A DNA stretch of 63,095 nt, counting the filler, from Lenisia limosa (Eukaryota; Protista; Breviatea), in the NCBI GenBank assembly GCA_001655205.1. It is 17 parts of 17 records of this genome, joined end to end, with 100 filler letters (N's around TTAATTAATTAA, not from the genome) between each part and the next. Parts side by side here need not be neighbours in the genome. Positions count along the whole stretch, not along the records: positions 40,078 to 41,398 come from LPNZ01000712.1; positions 41,499 to 43,082 come from LPNZ01010234.1; positions 43,183 to 47,567 come from LPNZ01008727.1; positions 47,668 to 59,007 come from LPNZ01003836.1; 13 more parts are not named here. One strand, given 5' to 3'. The notes beneath the pieces were generated by a model. The model saw nothing but the letters and a program-made list of their open reading frames with translations. It was not told where the DNA came from and ran no database searches. The position numbers were made by a program, and so were the translations under genes. How positions within the stretch are numbered: position 1 is the first letter of the stretch; the number at the start of each line of letters is the position of its first letter. Below are positions 40,215 through 53,657 of this stretch, piece by piece.

Positions 40215-41398
40215 CCCTCCACTAACGGGATGGTTTTGACGAGTTCCATTGTCTCAGCATTCCAAATCATGGTTTCTGGCTCCTTTCCGATCTGCACTGG
40301 TCAACAACAATGTCTTGTTGTGGTTTTGGTTGAATAAATAGTAAAACTCTAGTATAATTAGGGCTGCACTTCGGTTCGAGGAAAGACTGAGTCTCTCGAT
40401 GAATCCTCGAAAACTATCGATATTTTCCCGGTATTTTTCGGACCAAAGTGAAGCCCTAGGTATAATCCTTATATTTTTCAATCATTATGTTCCCCAACCC
40501 TAAAACGTGCTTACCTGCCCAGTTGCAACGTGAACCCCGTCAGGGTGCATAGCAATACTAAAGTGTAACACAATTTCGGTTAAATATAATCAGGTTACAA
40601 GAAAAATACATAGGGATACCATAAACAAAAAGTATCATGCAAGTTTTTCCATTGCACCCCCCACGAAACAATGTCGTCAGTATGTCCAATGAAGAATCGT
40701 TGTTTCTTTGTCTCGGGATTCATAACAACTGAATGGTAAATTGAAACATACTTGTGTATAGGGCTTCCCTACGATCCGAGAAAGACCGGAAAAACATCGA
40801 TGTTTATCCAGGATTTATCGAGAAATTCGGTCTTTGTTTGGGACCGTATTTACTATGATATGTTGAGAAGGAATAAAACAAAAAAGTAATATCTTGTCAA
40901 AGCCCAGAATATGTAGGAATGAAAAATGTGTAGGGATGAGAAAAATAGGTAGTATCTGGCCAGAGGTGCAACTATAAATAATAAAGGGATTAATCCTCAC
41001 CGGCGACCGCAGCAGTGAAGAACGCGATGTCACCGGATTTGAGGACACAGATGGTACTTCGTGTGTCGTAGCCCCGGAATCCGTGTCTAAATGGCGTGAA
41101 ATTGGCTAAAGTGGGTGATATTACTCAAACTGAGCAAAAATGACAGTAATTAACTAACGTGTGTAAAATTGCCTAAATTGTGCGATATAAACAAAAGTAA
41201 ACTGTATAAAAGTGACTAATACGTGTGAAATTGACTAAAGTGTTAAAATTGTGTGAATTGAGAACCCCAAAATGTCCTAGCAGATTCCCAATTTATCTAA
41301 TAATATGATATATGACCTGAGTTTCTGCCACCCCACAAACACATATTCCAATTCAAGCGAGACCTTGGGTTTCTCCGGGTTTTCCTTTAGTCTCAGCG
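40215..41398 (-). CDS. EML5/EML6-like microtubule-associated protein, HELP motif plus first WD repeats (fragment)
   Basis: PKVSLELEYVHGFRGYDTRSTICVLKSGDIAFFTAAVA; NPETKKQRFFIGHTDDIVSIAMHPDGVHVATGQIGKEPETMIWNAET. Confidence 0.85.
40359..40458. mobile_element. hAT-type MITE H1 copy
   Basis: Same TIRs; TSD AGTATAAT/GGTATAAT (7/8). Confidence 0.88.
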
Positions 41399-41512
41399 NN
41401 NNNNNNNNNNNNNNNNNNNNNNNNNNNNNNNNNNNNNNNNNNTTAATTAATTAANNNNNNNNNNNNNNNNNNNNNNNNNNNNNNNNNNNNNNNNNNNNCC
41501 CCCCCCCCGCAC

Positions 41513-44500
41513 CACAGTGTTTCGCCATCAGCAGCAGTAGCAAGATGGGTTCGTTCAATCCCGTCAGCAAATCGAATTGCACTGTCACATACTCCGCGAC
41601 ATGCAGTGAGTACGGCGGTAGTCTGGGGGTGGGTGGATATATTAGTCTTGGGGTGAGTAAGTGAGGGGTGGTGGTGGTAAACTCTTTGTTAAGGCAACCA
41701 GGCATGATCAAAGCAAATCAATGTTAATACAATTTAACGCAAAGAGTACGAGAAAGCAACCAATGCTTCCAATCGTTCGCCTACTTTGGGGTGAAGCAAC
41801 GCTGTGTCCCGCAGTCGCTTGCAATACACATCATGAGCTGCGGAGATATCGTCAACCTTTAGGGTGAGAATGAGCAAGGGTAAAAATTAAGCTAGAATGT
41901 CATTTTTTTTTTCTCTTGCCCGCAAATTAGGATATTCAGTATTTTTTACGTTTTAGTGCTATGCGTGGGGNNNNNNNNNNNNNNNNNNNNNNNNNNNNNN
42001 NNNNNNNNNNNNNNNNNNNNNNNNNNNNNNNNNNNNNNNNNNNNNNNNNNNNNNNNNNNNNNNNNNNNNNNNNNNNNNNNNNNNNNNNNNNNNNNNNNNN
42101 NCAAAAAAAAAGCAAGAGAAAAAAATGACAAGATTTTTGCCCGTCTTCTGCTCTTGTTGTTAATATAAGATCTATGCCCGTCTTCTGCTCTTGTTGTTAA
42201 TATAAGAGCATCAAGGGATAAGAACACCCTCCAGCCAGCACTCTCCAGCCAACACTTGTATTGTCAGCGTTGAGAGTTGCAAGAAGAATGTCGAAACCGC
42301 AGTCAGAGAGCTGGGAGAGTAAATTTGGAAAAAATAAAGGAATTATAACTCAAATTCGAAAGTTAGCCCCCCCCCCCCCACAGCGTTATTGAAANNNNNN
42401 NNNNNNNNNNNNNNNNNNNNNNNNNNNNNNNNNNNNNNNNNNNNNNNNNNNNNNNNNNNNNNNNNNNNNNNGCGTTTCGTGTAAAGGACAGCTTCTTCAT
42501 AAGCTGTTCGTGGCCTGGCATGCGGAATCTAAGGGGGGGGGGGGAAGTGAGAAAGGAAAACTCAAAATCAACTTTATAGACTAAATATTAAAGGAGAAAA
42601 TAGAATTAGAGTCTGGAATAGTTCGTTGTATGTTCTTCTTATCAAAAATTAATTTCCCAATCAAGTAGTATAATTTAAGTATTTCTTGAATTATGGTATT
42701 GATAAGATTTCACCTCCACAGCTGATAATAAATACAAACCTTGGTTTAGACACGATATAGTTGGCTCTGTGTAGCATTTGAAGAAGCGAAAATACCCTGT
42801 ATGATGACATCCAGAAGAGCTAGCTTCAACAAATCTAGTTTAAAAGAAACTAAAAGACCCTATTAACATCAAAAAACAAACAAAAACTAAAAACAAAGAG
42901 CATTGAGCGTTGTATTCTTGTTTATAGCCGTAAGCTGTCTCACCTAGAGTAGACCTCGAGTTGATGGGGGCGAATCACGGCCGAAAGCGGCCATTGAACG
43001 TTGGCAGATAGAACCAAGGCATTGGTGACTGAGGACTGGGGGATGATGATGATAGTGGGAGGATATAATGGGGGGGGGGTGCNNNNNNNNNNNNNNNNNN
43101 NNNNNNNNNNNNNNNNNNNNNNNNNNTTAATTAATTAANNNNNNNNNNNNNNNNNNNNNNNNNNNNNNNNNNNNNNNNNNNNGACTGTACACAAAGGTAT
43201 TCTTACTACGTATATATCTTGAACACATGTATTAGACATGTACAGTGACCAGGATAAGTTGCTATGTGATATACAGTGACCGAGATAAGTCTTGACCAAT
43301 TTGCTGTTTTCCCAAGAAAAAGCGGTTATGACTTATTCCGGTCACTGTATATAATATGAAAGCAGCACAAAGTAGCAAATGATTGGGTGCATTGACTCAC
43401 AAAAGTTGGGTGAAATGCCATCTTGACTGAATAAATATACTATAATCCAATAGCGTGATGATGTGGACGGCTTCGGCCAGATACTATCATCCAATATCTC
43501 TTAAAAACGTGATTGTGTGGATGGCTTCAACCAAAACCTTGTTTTTTTTGTATTTCTCATCGCTGGATAAATCAATATCGTCAACACCGATATCATATCA
43601 TCTTGGATTATTTCTCTTCTCCTCCATACATATACGCGTGACGGTTTGGTAGGCGCAGATACAACCTTGTTTATATTTCTCATTTCTACATAATGTACTC
43701 CGCTCACTCTTCTAAAGACGCATTTTTGGGGGCCGGAAGCGGAGTGGTTGGTTCGTTTTCATAGAGGGGTGGTGCCGACGGCTCAATCATATCAGGACTG
43801 GGAGGGGGGGGGGGTAAAATTGGAAAACTTATTAAAAAAAAGCCCTCTGTTGGCTGCCAGCATNNNNNNNNNNNNNNNNNNNNNNNNNNNNNNNNNNNNN
43901 NNNNNNNNNNNNNNNNNNNNNNNNNNNNNNNNNNNNNNNNNNNNNNNNNNNNNNNNNNNNNNNNNNNNNNNNNNNNNNNNNNNNNNNNNNNNNNNNNNNN
44001 NNNNNNNNNNNNNNNNNNNNNNNNNNNNNNNNNNNNTGAATAAAAGAAGGTTGTCAGATTAAGCTGTCTTTTCTCACCTTGTTGTGCCCCTAGTCAGCGC
44101 TCCAGAAGGCTTGGGTGGGGGTGACGACATTGGGGTTTCGGGTTGCTGAACCTGGGAAAACAATGAGCGAAATGTTCATACAGTGATCGGGATAAGTCTA
44201 GACCGATTTACTTTGTGATTTCCCAAGGAAAATAGGTCAAGACTTATCCTGGTCACTGTATGTAGTCCAGATTTTGGTTTAAAAAGCAGCAGTCAGCGAA
44301 CGAGATTATCAGTATAATTTAAACACAATACAGCTCATCTAAAAAGGGGGTGGCAGCGTCTGTAGTAAAACAATAAAAAGTGATAAAAGTGGTATTTTTT
44401 ATGAACAAAAGTTTTTCGAAAGAGACACCCCATTTTTTTTACCTACAACCAACCTGGTTTTTCTCATACTACCTACCCTCCCCCTACAAAAACAAAACAT

Positions 44501-47446
44501 CCAAAAAAAAACTCCCGTTCACCCAACAAAAGAAATAAAAAATACCCCCCCCCCCCTCACAGTAGGTTTTTCTCTTGGAGAGGGCGACTCATTGGGCAGG
44601 GGTGTTGGAGCCCTACTTGGGTAAATAATCACAAAGAGTAGACAAAATGAATTGCGACGGTTGAAGAGCTAATATTTCCCCTTATTTGGCATTTTTTTGA
44701 AGAAATTGAAAAGAATTATTCAACAAGTATCGGCTGAGAAGAGAAATTGGTTAGACATACACATTATTTGGCTGAGAAGAGAAATTACAACATCAGGTTG
44801 AGAAATAAAATTGGTTAGACACACAACAAGCAAAACCCCCCACTGCATAGAAGCGAGGCCGAACGGAGAAGTGGCGTTTAGTCCGTTTGAGGGTTTGAGC
44901 GGTGTGGAGTGCGAAGCTCTTTGGGGGCCTTGGGAGTGAGAAATACAGTGGGAGTAAATGATAGGATTTGGAGAGAGGGGGGGGGGGGAGNNNNNNNNNN
45001 NNNNNNNNNNNNNNNNNNNNNNNNNNNNNNNNNNNNNNNNNNNNNNNNNNNNNNNNNNNNNNNNNNNNNNNNNNNNNNNNNNNNNNNNNNAATAATTGTT
45101 CGTTAAGACATTTTAACTATATTTTTTTTATTTTTATATTTTTTATTTTTTATTTTTTTTCATCTCTATAGTATATCAGAATAATGGTGAAAGCAATGCA
45201 TTTGATATAAACAGTTAAAATGTCTTAATGACGAACAATCAAGAAGAAAGTAACTGTTTATGGTATCCCCATGTATATATATTTGTTTCCACATTTTTCT
45301 AATGTATATCATTTCTCTTTTTTCAAAAAGTATATCATACTTCAAATGTGACTTCATATCAAATCCAACCTGTGCACGCAGCTATGGAGGTTTTTAGAGG
45401 ACTAACAAAATGGATAAGAGTGGGGTGTTATATATAGCAATGGGAAATAGGTTGTATCTGGCCGAAGTCGTCCAAACCTGTGCACGCAGCCATTATGATA
45501 CTCAGAATAATGGTTGCGTTTGACGAGGATGCTGAGCCAAGGGCACTCCAAATGCTCTGAACAACCTCGGGAATATCGGGACTGAGGGGAGTGAGTGAAA
45601 TTGAAAAAAAAAGAAGCAAAAAGCCCGACTCAAAAGGCAAAAAGCCCGACTCACCTCTGGTATGCAGGTTTTTAAGAGAGAGAGAGAGAAAAAAGGGAGT
45701 ATGGGGGGGGGGGGGNNNNNNNNNNNNNNNNNNNNNNNNNNNNNNNNNNNNNNNNNNNNNNNNNNNNNNNNNNNNNNNNNNNNNNNNNNNNNNNNNNNNN
45801 NNNNNNNNNNNNATGGGGGGAAATTGAGTTTCTGTGTATGGTATTATTTTACGAAAGGATTTGGAATTTATTTTATTGTATGTTTTTGGCGAGGGGTGCA
45901 GATTGAAATTGTTCGAAGATCATCAAGAAAATCCCCACATATTCGATTGACAAACAGACACTTTGTCCTCAAACCTGTATTTGGCCGAAATGTTGATCAT
46001 GTCATAAACAATAGCCTGTTGAGAAAACCGTGTGATTTTGGACAGGTCTACAGCTGAGGCAACGGCAGCCATGAGAATGAGAAGGGAGCGTCTTTCTAAT
46101 TTTGAGTTAAAATACGGGGGAAGTGGGTTTGGAAATGCGGGTGAAGATTGTGCACTTCCTATGGTCCCCCTTACGGACCGCTAAGAACGCGAATTGCATC
46201 AAGACGGCCGAACATTTCTGTCAGGAAAAGCGCGCCAAAATGTGGGCGTTCGGAGGAAATGCGGTGTGCTACTGAGGAAACACCCTAAGAGGTCAGCGTA
46301 AAGGTGCGTAAAATGGGAAAATTTATGAAACAAAAAAAAAAGCCGAAAATGCTGGGAAGACACGAGGGTTGAGAACAACAAAACAAACAAAACAAACANN
46401 NNNNNNNNNNNNNNNNNNNNNNNNNNNNNNNNNNNNNNNNNNNNNNNNNNNNNNNNNNNNNNNNNNNNNNNNNNNNNNNNNNNNNNNNNNNNNNNNNNNN
46501 NNNNNNNNNGGGGTGAGTAATAATCAGTTTCATTGTTATGTTTTGATCTGTTTAATAAATGTCCTGTTAACAAACCTCGCGATGACCCCCCTTCCCCTTT
46601 ATTCAGCAAACATCCTCCTCAAACCTCGCGATAAGCCTCCCTCAGAGTCGAAGTCAGAGGCACAGTGTAGTGGAACGATGCAGTGGGCCGTGACTGCGGG
46701 AGGCTCTGAACAGTAAAAATTGATTGTTGGCTCTGGAACAGTAAGAAATGTTTCCAGTCACTTCGGTTCGGTTTAGGGGGGCACTTCTCAATAGAACTGA
46801 AGTTATATGTCTTGACCAACCTGGGTAGCGAACGTCTGTTTTGCACCCTCATTGTTCGGCGTTCTTGGATTCTGAGTTAACTGAAGGGGAACAGTAGGGG
46901 CTTCTTCGAACGCAGCTCCTATGGGTGTTACAGATATAGCAATCCACACCATCACGTTTATAAGAGATATTGGTATTACAGTGTCCAGGATAAGTCTTGA
47001 CCGATTTGCTATGTGATTTCCCAAGGAAAATAGGCCAAGACTTATACCGGGTATATAGATAAGAGCATGGCGCCATTTCGTTAATGACAGTTTACTAAAA
47101 CCAAGTCCTTAAGATACTACTCTTTATTGAAATCATATTGAGCAAATAAAGAATAAAAATACCACGAAATATTACTGATTCGAGAGAAAATAACATAAGT
47201 GAAAAAAAAACAAAACAAGATGGTTTGTATCTTGACGAAGCCATCCACACCATCCTGTGCACACAGCTTTCNNNNNNNNNNNNNNNNNNNNNNNNNNNNN
47301 NNNNNNNNNNNNNNNNNNNNNNNNNNNNNNNNNNNNNNNNNNNNNNNNNNNNNNNNNNNNNNNNNNNNNNNNNNNNNNNNNNNNNNNNNNNNNNNNNNNN
47401 NNNACCAGAAACATTGAGAAGAGACAGAGCGGCTTGCCTCACAGCC
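41513..47446 (-). CDS. Gamma-tubulin complex component (Spc97/Spc98 family), GCP6-like layout with long Pro-rich insertion
   Basis: N-terminal AVRQAALSLLNVSG; Pro/Ser-rich middle exons; GRIP2-like NALVLSANVQWPLSAVIRPHQLEVYSR and VDDISAAHDVYCKRLRDTALLHPK. Confidence 0.7.
44181..44258. mobile_element. 78-bp Tc1/mariner-type MITE (family T1)
   Basis: TA|CAGTGA(C/T)CGGGATAAGTCT...AAGACTTATCC(C/T)GGTCACTG|TA. Other copies at 13037-13112, 14086-14158, 19925-20002, 21222-21444, 23470-23541, 43243-43347, 46979-47050 and 47540-47567. Confidence 0.88.
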
Positions 47447-47794
47447 CTACATAGTGATATAGTGATATTTCGTTTGGACGGATTTTTTTTTTGAAAAAGA
47501 TAATTTTCATTAAAATTCGAGTGAATAAATAAAAACATACACTGACCAGGATAAGTCTTGCCCGATTNNNNNNNNNNNNNNNNNNNNNNNNNNNNNNNNN
47601 NNNNNNNNNNNTTAATTAATTAANNNNNNNNNNNNNNNNNNNNNNNNNNNNNNNNNNNNNNNNNNNNCACCGGCCAGTCAGCCGCCAACAACGACGTGAA
47701 CAAACAAGTGTGTACACAAGATCCTTCTTCTACCTCTTATACTCTTTAGAATTGCAATATTTTATATTTTGATTCGGCATATAAACCATATACC

Positions 47795-50700
47795 TTGCTC
47801 GTTTGCCTCATCGATGTTGTGACACATGATAGCCCAATCTTCAAGTGGGAGGGGGTAACTTTTAGACTTTTAGATAGTGTAGTATGTGGTGTTTCTGTGC
47901 CCCGTGTAATGTTTGAGAGTGACGAATTAATCTTTCTGCTTAGGGACGCCGTCCTACTTCAGTGCGTTCTCTGGAAGTTCTCTTCTTGTGGACCGTGAAA
48001 AATGGCTGAACAAGCGTACCTTACTCTTGGTAAGCTATCATAACGGGTTCGTTTTTTTAGGGCTGATGGATGCCCCACCTCCACCTTACTACCTAGACAC
48101 GTTTTATGGTTGTCATCTCTTTTGTGATTTCTGCTGGTTTATTGGTGTCAATCTCATTAACGATCCTCAAAAATGCCGCCAATAGCTCCAGTAGGCCCAA
48201 CAGCAATGCCAATAATTTTCCATGCAGTAATTGATTTCAATAACCTATTGACCCAAAATCTGGCTCAGTCCATACAAAAGCAACTTTTACTTGTTCTGGA
48301 AGCAGAGGAGGTAGGAGTTTCTTTGTATTGGTGCAAGAGCTGATTTTTTCAGTCGGCAGTGGAATCCCTTCATGAGACTTTTTACCTCCAGGAAATTGAT
48401 TTATCTAACTGGGGCAACCTCACTGCAGCCACGCCACAAATGGCAGTCAATCTCAAGTCATTGTATAGTTGGAGGGGGAATGTAGCTGATATAGTGCTGA
48501 AGATGGCCACAGTACTGAATGCTTACCATGAGGCTGATTTGAGCAGAAGCGTCAACAGCGGTAATTCTCATTTCAAACCTGAACCAAGGAGTCATCCTTG
48601 AGGCTACAAACTCTGATGAGGTGGGCTGAAGTCAAAATATAACTCCCAGGGTGAATATACGTACTTTGAACTTGCAAGAAAGGCGCCAATGATACTGGAG
48701 TGGTGGGTTCTTAACCGCCGAATGGAAAAGGTTCGCAATATGGTCTATTTACTTTTAAGATTACTGGAGTTATGGGAAACTCAACGCTCAATGCAATGAG
48801 TCGACACTACTACCAAGTCATGGAAGGATCACCAGCCGGTATGATATCAGGCTCTGAATACTGCGGCGTACACAATTCTCACCTATAAGAATCCAAGATT
48901 TTTTCTAATGTCTTCTTTGACAAGGGGCCTGACATGGCTCTTCGAATTGCAGTATCCATCGTGTATAATTATCAGTAGGTGGTTTATTTATCTATTATGA
49001 TATAGTATATGATATATATGCATGATTACTATATATATATTGCATATACTATGATTGCATATCATTTATATTCTACATATCATATTGTGTATACTATGTA
49101 CATATAATATGCATACTATGTATGTACATATTATATGCATCATATCTATAGAATGAATTGTACTATTCATATTAAGTATATTATGCATAGTAATATATTA
49201 TTTATGGTTTATTATATAGCATAATATTACTACGTATGATATCATATGAAGTTCATAAGGCACGTCACCTGACCGCCCAAAAATTGTCCATTTATTATTC
49301 CTAAATGACCATACAAAATTTCTGAGGATAAAAAACACAAAAAAATCACTGAACTGAACTGAGCTTATTCCATTTATGTACACTCGATCTCGCTAGATTT
49401 CTCTTTTGAGAATATATTATAACGTTGGGAGTTGTGGGATTGGTTTACACCAATGTTGCCCCTTCAATCCCTGGTACAAACAAAACTCGGTTCTCTTTCA
49501 TTATCCATCTGTACGATTTTGCATCGAAACAGATACATCTGATCTGAAACTGAACTAAATTCAAAGATTTTCTTCGAGAATTTGGCATATCAAGAGTTCC
49601 AAAGTTATCAAAAAATTTGTTCCGCTCAAAACAACGTCTGGCATTTAGTTTTTCAGTTGTCTCTCAATACCATTTCAAATTATTGATATTCTCTTGTTTT
49701 AATAGCCATGTTGAATATATCATATTGATGATACATTATATTTCTGATAATTGTGCCTTTTTAAGCTTTTATATTTTGCATTGTTCAACAAATACAGATT
49801 AGGAGGCTGTAACTTTTCCAGTGACACATTCCAAGGAACTTTCACACGGTCACTTCGCCTGGATTTCATCAGGGATACGATCAATATGCTACTCCAGAAA
49901 ATTGTCCATACTGAAGGAAGTATTTCCGTTTATATTGTCGAAATTGGAACTCGGGACCTACTTTGTGAGTTTTTTTGGTAATGTGACTTGAGATGGAATT
50001 CTTGTTCAGTTTGGCAATGCACTCCCACCCCAAAAAACAACAAAAATAAATGAAAAGCAATAAATAATGAAAAAACAATCACAATCTAGATTGTTCCACT
50101 CATGAAATTATTGACAATTCCATGGGAACCCAAAGAAGAGTGAACATTGCTTCATTAGAAGATACAGTAAGCCCCATGAGTGAGGCTTATTTTTTTTTTT
50201 AGATTTATCCCGCTATTGACAAAGAAGTTGGCGAAGGATCCTTTGTGTTACTTCAAGTTGGTACATTATAGCCACATGACTTTTTAGATGAGGAGTTTTT
50301 CTGTTGACATAAATGATTCATCGTACACTGTCAATGTAAGTGCCAGTGATATCATGTTCCTTCCAATTTATTGAAAGTATAAACCCCCAGGCAATGCAAT
50401 TAGCGCTGCGCGGATTGAATTGGGATGTCGTTGTCATTTCTGATGACGAAATAGCGCTCAGTGAATCTCGTCATGGTGTTTTGATGGCTATCAGATGGGC
50501 TATACTCATTGGTAAAAGTAATTATTTTGTTTACATTCAGGCTGTGTTTTTGTACTGTTCTGGATGTGTATCACATATGTCATTACAATGCCTTTACAAC
50601 ATCGCATACAAAGCCATGAGAGCAAGTATCTTAAGCTACAAATGGTTTGCTTTATCATTGATTTCGATTCTTTTAACCCACCCATATCACAGAGAAACAA

Positions 50701-53100
50701 AATGTTGATGCTTCACATGACCCACAACAAACCTGGGGATATCGATCACAGCTCCCCTTTCGACAGCGCTTTTGACCTGTTGAAAGAGTACAACAGCATT
50801 GCCCGTGGGTGACACTCCTTCTTATGCTTCAGAATCCAATGAAATCACGGAAGTTCTGAATATTCTGTCCAATGTAACCAGCCTTCTCAAGAGCAACTGG
50901 GAAAGCAAGATTTCGGTATGTATGAGTTGGGAGAATTATAATCCTGTGAATTGAATTCGCTATGATACAGAAAATCAACAGAGATTGATACTGATTTTGA
51001 ATTCTTACCTTTGGCCTTCTAGTCTCATCAATTTGTAGCATGTAGATGACGAAACCCAAAAATGGCTGAAGTCCTTCTTTGTAACAACAAAAGAAAAGTC
51101 CGCTGCAGTTTCTATCCGACCAAAAGTCACATTCAGGTTGGCAAATGTTCTTTATTGACTGTTTAGCCTTCCGCAAATGCAAGGAACAGGATGTTTTCTG
51201 CAAGGAAAGTAAGGGATTGAAAGTTATCTCCTAGAAGGAGATGATATCATCTCATTTTGTATCGTAATCAATTTCAGGTTTCATTCTGAGCTTCATACGG
51301 TACTAGATTACAGTAACACTGCAATGGTGTCGATATTTTATGTTCATAGTTTCACAAATGGTAGGTGCTGCTAATGAAATATTATTGATTGGGTGAATAG
51401 TATCGTTGTGTTATTTCTCATTTTTGCATATAGTATATCATAGATCGATATATTATATTTATGAGATTTTTTTAATAAGCAGGCCGCCCCTTGTTGCCGG
51501 TGGCAGTCCATGTCCTCATTAAGTCCAATATCCTCAGTCACATCCCTATTGACCTTTTGAAGTTCAAGTATGTACAATATGATAAAAATTTAGAAATTCA
51601 ATTTATAAACTTTTCTTGAAACTTTTTCTTAAATAGGGTATTCATATAGTATACATGAAATACACTCGAAGCTCAATACTACAGGAACTGGGTGATCGAA
51701 ATTGAAAATGGCTACGGTGATATACCTTTCCATAATTCAACTCATGCAGCTGGTGAGTTTGGAGGCTGAAACTCACCCTTTCATCAACAAATTATATGTA
51801 TTTCACAACCAGACGTTTTACTGACGCTTAACTATCTGCTGTCTTGTCCGTATTTTGCCAGAATTTCGCCGAACCTTCTTCTGTCTTGCATTCTAGCTGC
51901 AATTGTACATGATCATGATCACCCTGGTTTGGCTTCAGTTTTTCACGCGAGGTTGACGGTGTAGGTCTCAGTAATCAGTTTTTGATCAACTCAAAACACA
52001 CTCTTGCAATTCGCTACAACGATATTTCGGTAAGTGCTGTGACTGGCTCTCATCCCCCATTATCATTAATATTTCCTTGAATTGACACCACCATTATCAT
52101 TGATTTTTCAATGAATTGACACCACCAGGTATTAGAGAATCATCATATATCAACTGCATGGGCAAAGCTTCTCAAATCAAGGAACAACTTTCTCAGAGAA
52201 GTATGCATCCCTTCATCTTTTATCTCTTTCCCCAAAGGTCGATGCTGAGCTGCAAAATGAAATTCGACGTGACACCATTGAACTTGTGCTCTCAACGGAT
52301 ATGAAAAGGTACAAATTACTGTTAAAAACTATTTATCCTGTTCTCAAACTCATTTTGGATCTTTTTCAAACTTCTGATCTCCCAGTCACTTTGACTACAT
52401 CGCAAGGCTGAATAACCACATTAAAACAGGAGGTAGGCCCTTGGTCCATTATCGTATCAGAACACGGTGATGACGTTCTCAAATTCGCTTGTGTGATGGC
52501 TATGAAAGTAGCAGACCTTTCATTCACTTGTAAAGTGAGTTTTTGGGTCACTTTTCCTAAATGTCTAGCCATGGGTTATTACCCAAGAATGGTCCCAGCG
52601 AATGCTCTTAGAAATCTTCCATGAGGTTTGAGGCCTGCTTTGTTTCTCACAGAGTCAGGGCGACATTGAAAAGCGATTGGGGCTGGATCCAAGTGGGTTC
52701 AAGGACCGTGTTCAGCGTGACACTTCTAAAAGTCAGACACGACTTATTAACTTTGTTGTCAAGGTTTGTTCTTGTAGAACTGCATTTGGGAAATTCACCT
52801 GATGCCTTCTAGCCTCTTGTTGACGGGTTCTCTCAGTTGGTCTGTTATCATGACAGTTTGCTTGCCATTCTCGAAAGCAACTTTAAGCACTGGGAGGAGT
52901 TGAAAACGGTATCACGGGAGGTGATAATTGTTCTGATTTCAACACATTATATTTCATTCCAAAATCCATCCTTCTGCTTCCCAACCTTGTCAGTCAACGT
53001 TTGGACTCTCATTCTTTTCAGGTTGATATTTATCCCCACAAACCCTTAGACCAAGACTATACCCCCGATTCTGTTCGCAGTATGAATGACCCTTTAATGT
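47795..53100 (+). CDS. Membrane-anchored class I 3',5'-cyclic nucleotide phosphodiesterase (TM-sensor-TM-PDEase_I)
   Basis: Catalytic motifs PFHNSTHAAD, AAIVHDHDHPG, SNQFLIN, LENHH, STDM, KVADLS, GD, SKSQ. Two hydrophobic segments upstream: FMVVISFVISAGLLVSISLTIL and WAILIGCVFVLFWMCITYVI. Gene ends are approximate. Confidence 0.88.
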
Positions 53101-53657
53101 TTGTTGTGGGACAGGTGTAATCTTAGTGTACTGAGTTGTGATCTCAACTAATCTTCAAGATGGAGGAGGCAGGCAATTGAGTTTGTTAACATAGAAGACA
53201 GCCCGAGGCACCCTTTGGATTGTGTTCCAATACTGCCAATTGAAAGAGTAGGTGAATATAATGAGTATCAACATATCCCCCAATGTTTTATTGGCATTTA
53301 GAATCCTACTCCATTTAATGATGGGATCAGCACTGAGATTGATGTGCTTTCAGCTGGGTTTTTTCCGCCGCTTTCCAGGTTCGTCTCAATTAGATAATTT
53401 TCGCATAACCTCTTATACCACAGACAGTCTCCTTCGATTGAAACAGATGTTTAGCCTTATTTACTACTTTAAAAGTTATGAGTCTAGGTTTACTATGGTA
53501 TTATTACGGTTTATTTATGGTAATACTTCTAAAAGTCATGAAGTACTCTATGCTATTTGGAAAGACCAGGTTGCTGTATTATGACAAAATACATATTAGA
53601 CACTCTCTAATAGAAAAAAGAAACAGAATAAACAAACATCAGAATAACAAAATAATA

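Noticed and set aside
40215-47446. Apparent microtubule gene cluster (GCP next to EML-like gene)
   Set aside because: The genes are separated by a spacer gap, and EML, DNPEP and BBS8 are truncated at such gaps, so adjacency is unproven.
48960-49400. Extremely AT-rich, TATA-rich tract
   Set aside because: It is low-complexity intron sequence inside the PDE gene. Similar tracts occur at 55340-55440 and 25060-25130, and there is no evidence of function.
50829-51203. 124-aa minus-strand ORF antisense to the PDE linker exons
   Set aside because: It is a shadow ORF. The plus-strand exons (DDETQKWLKSFF...) fit the PDE architecture.
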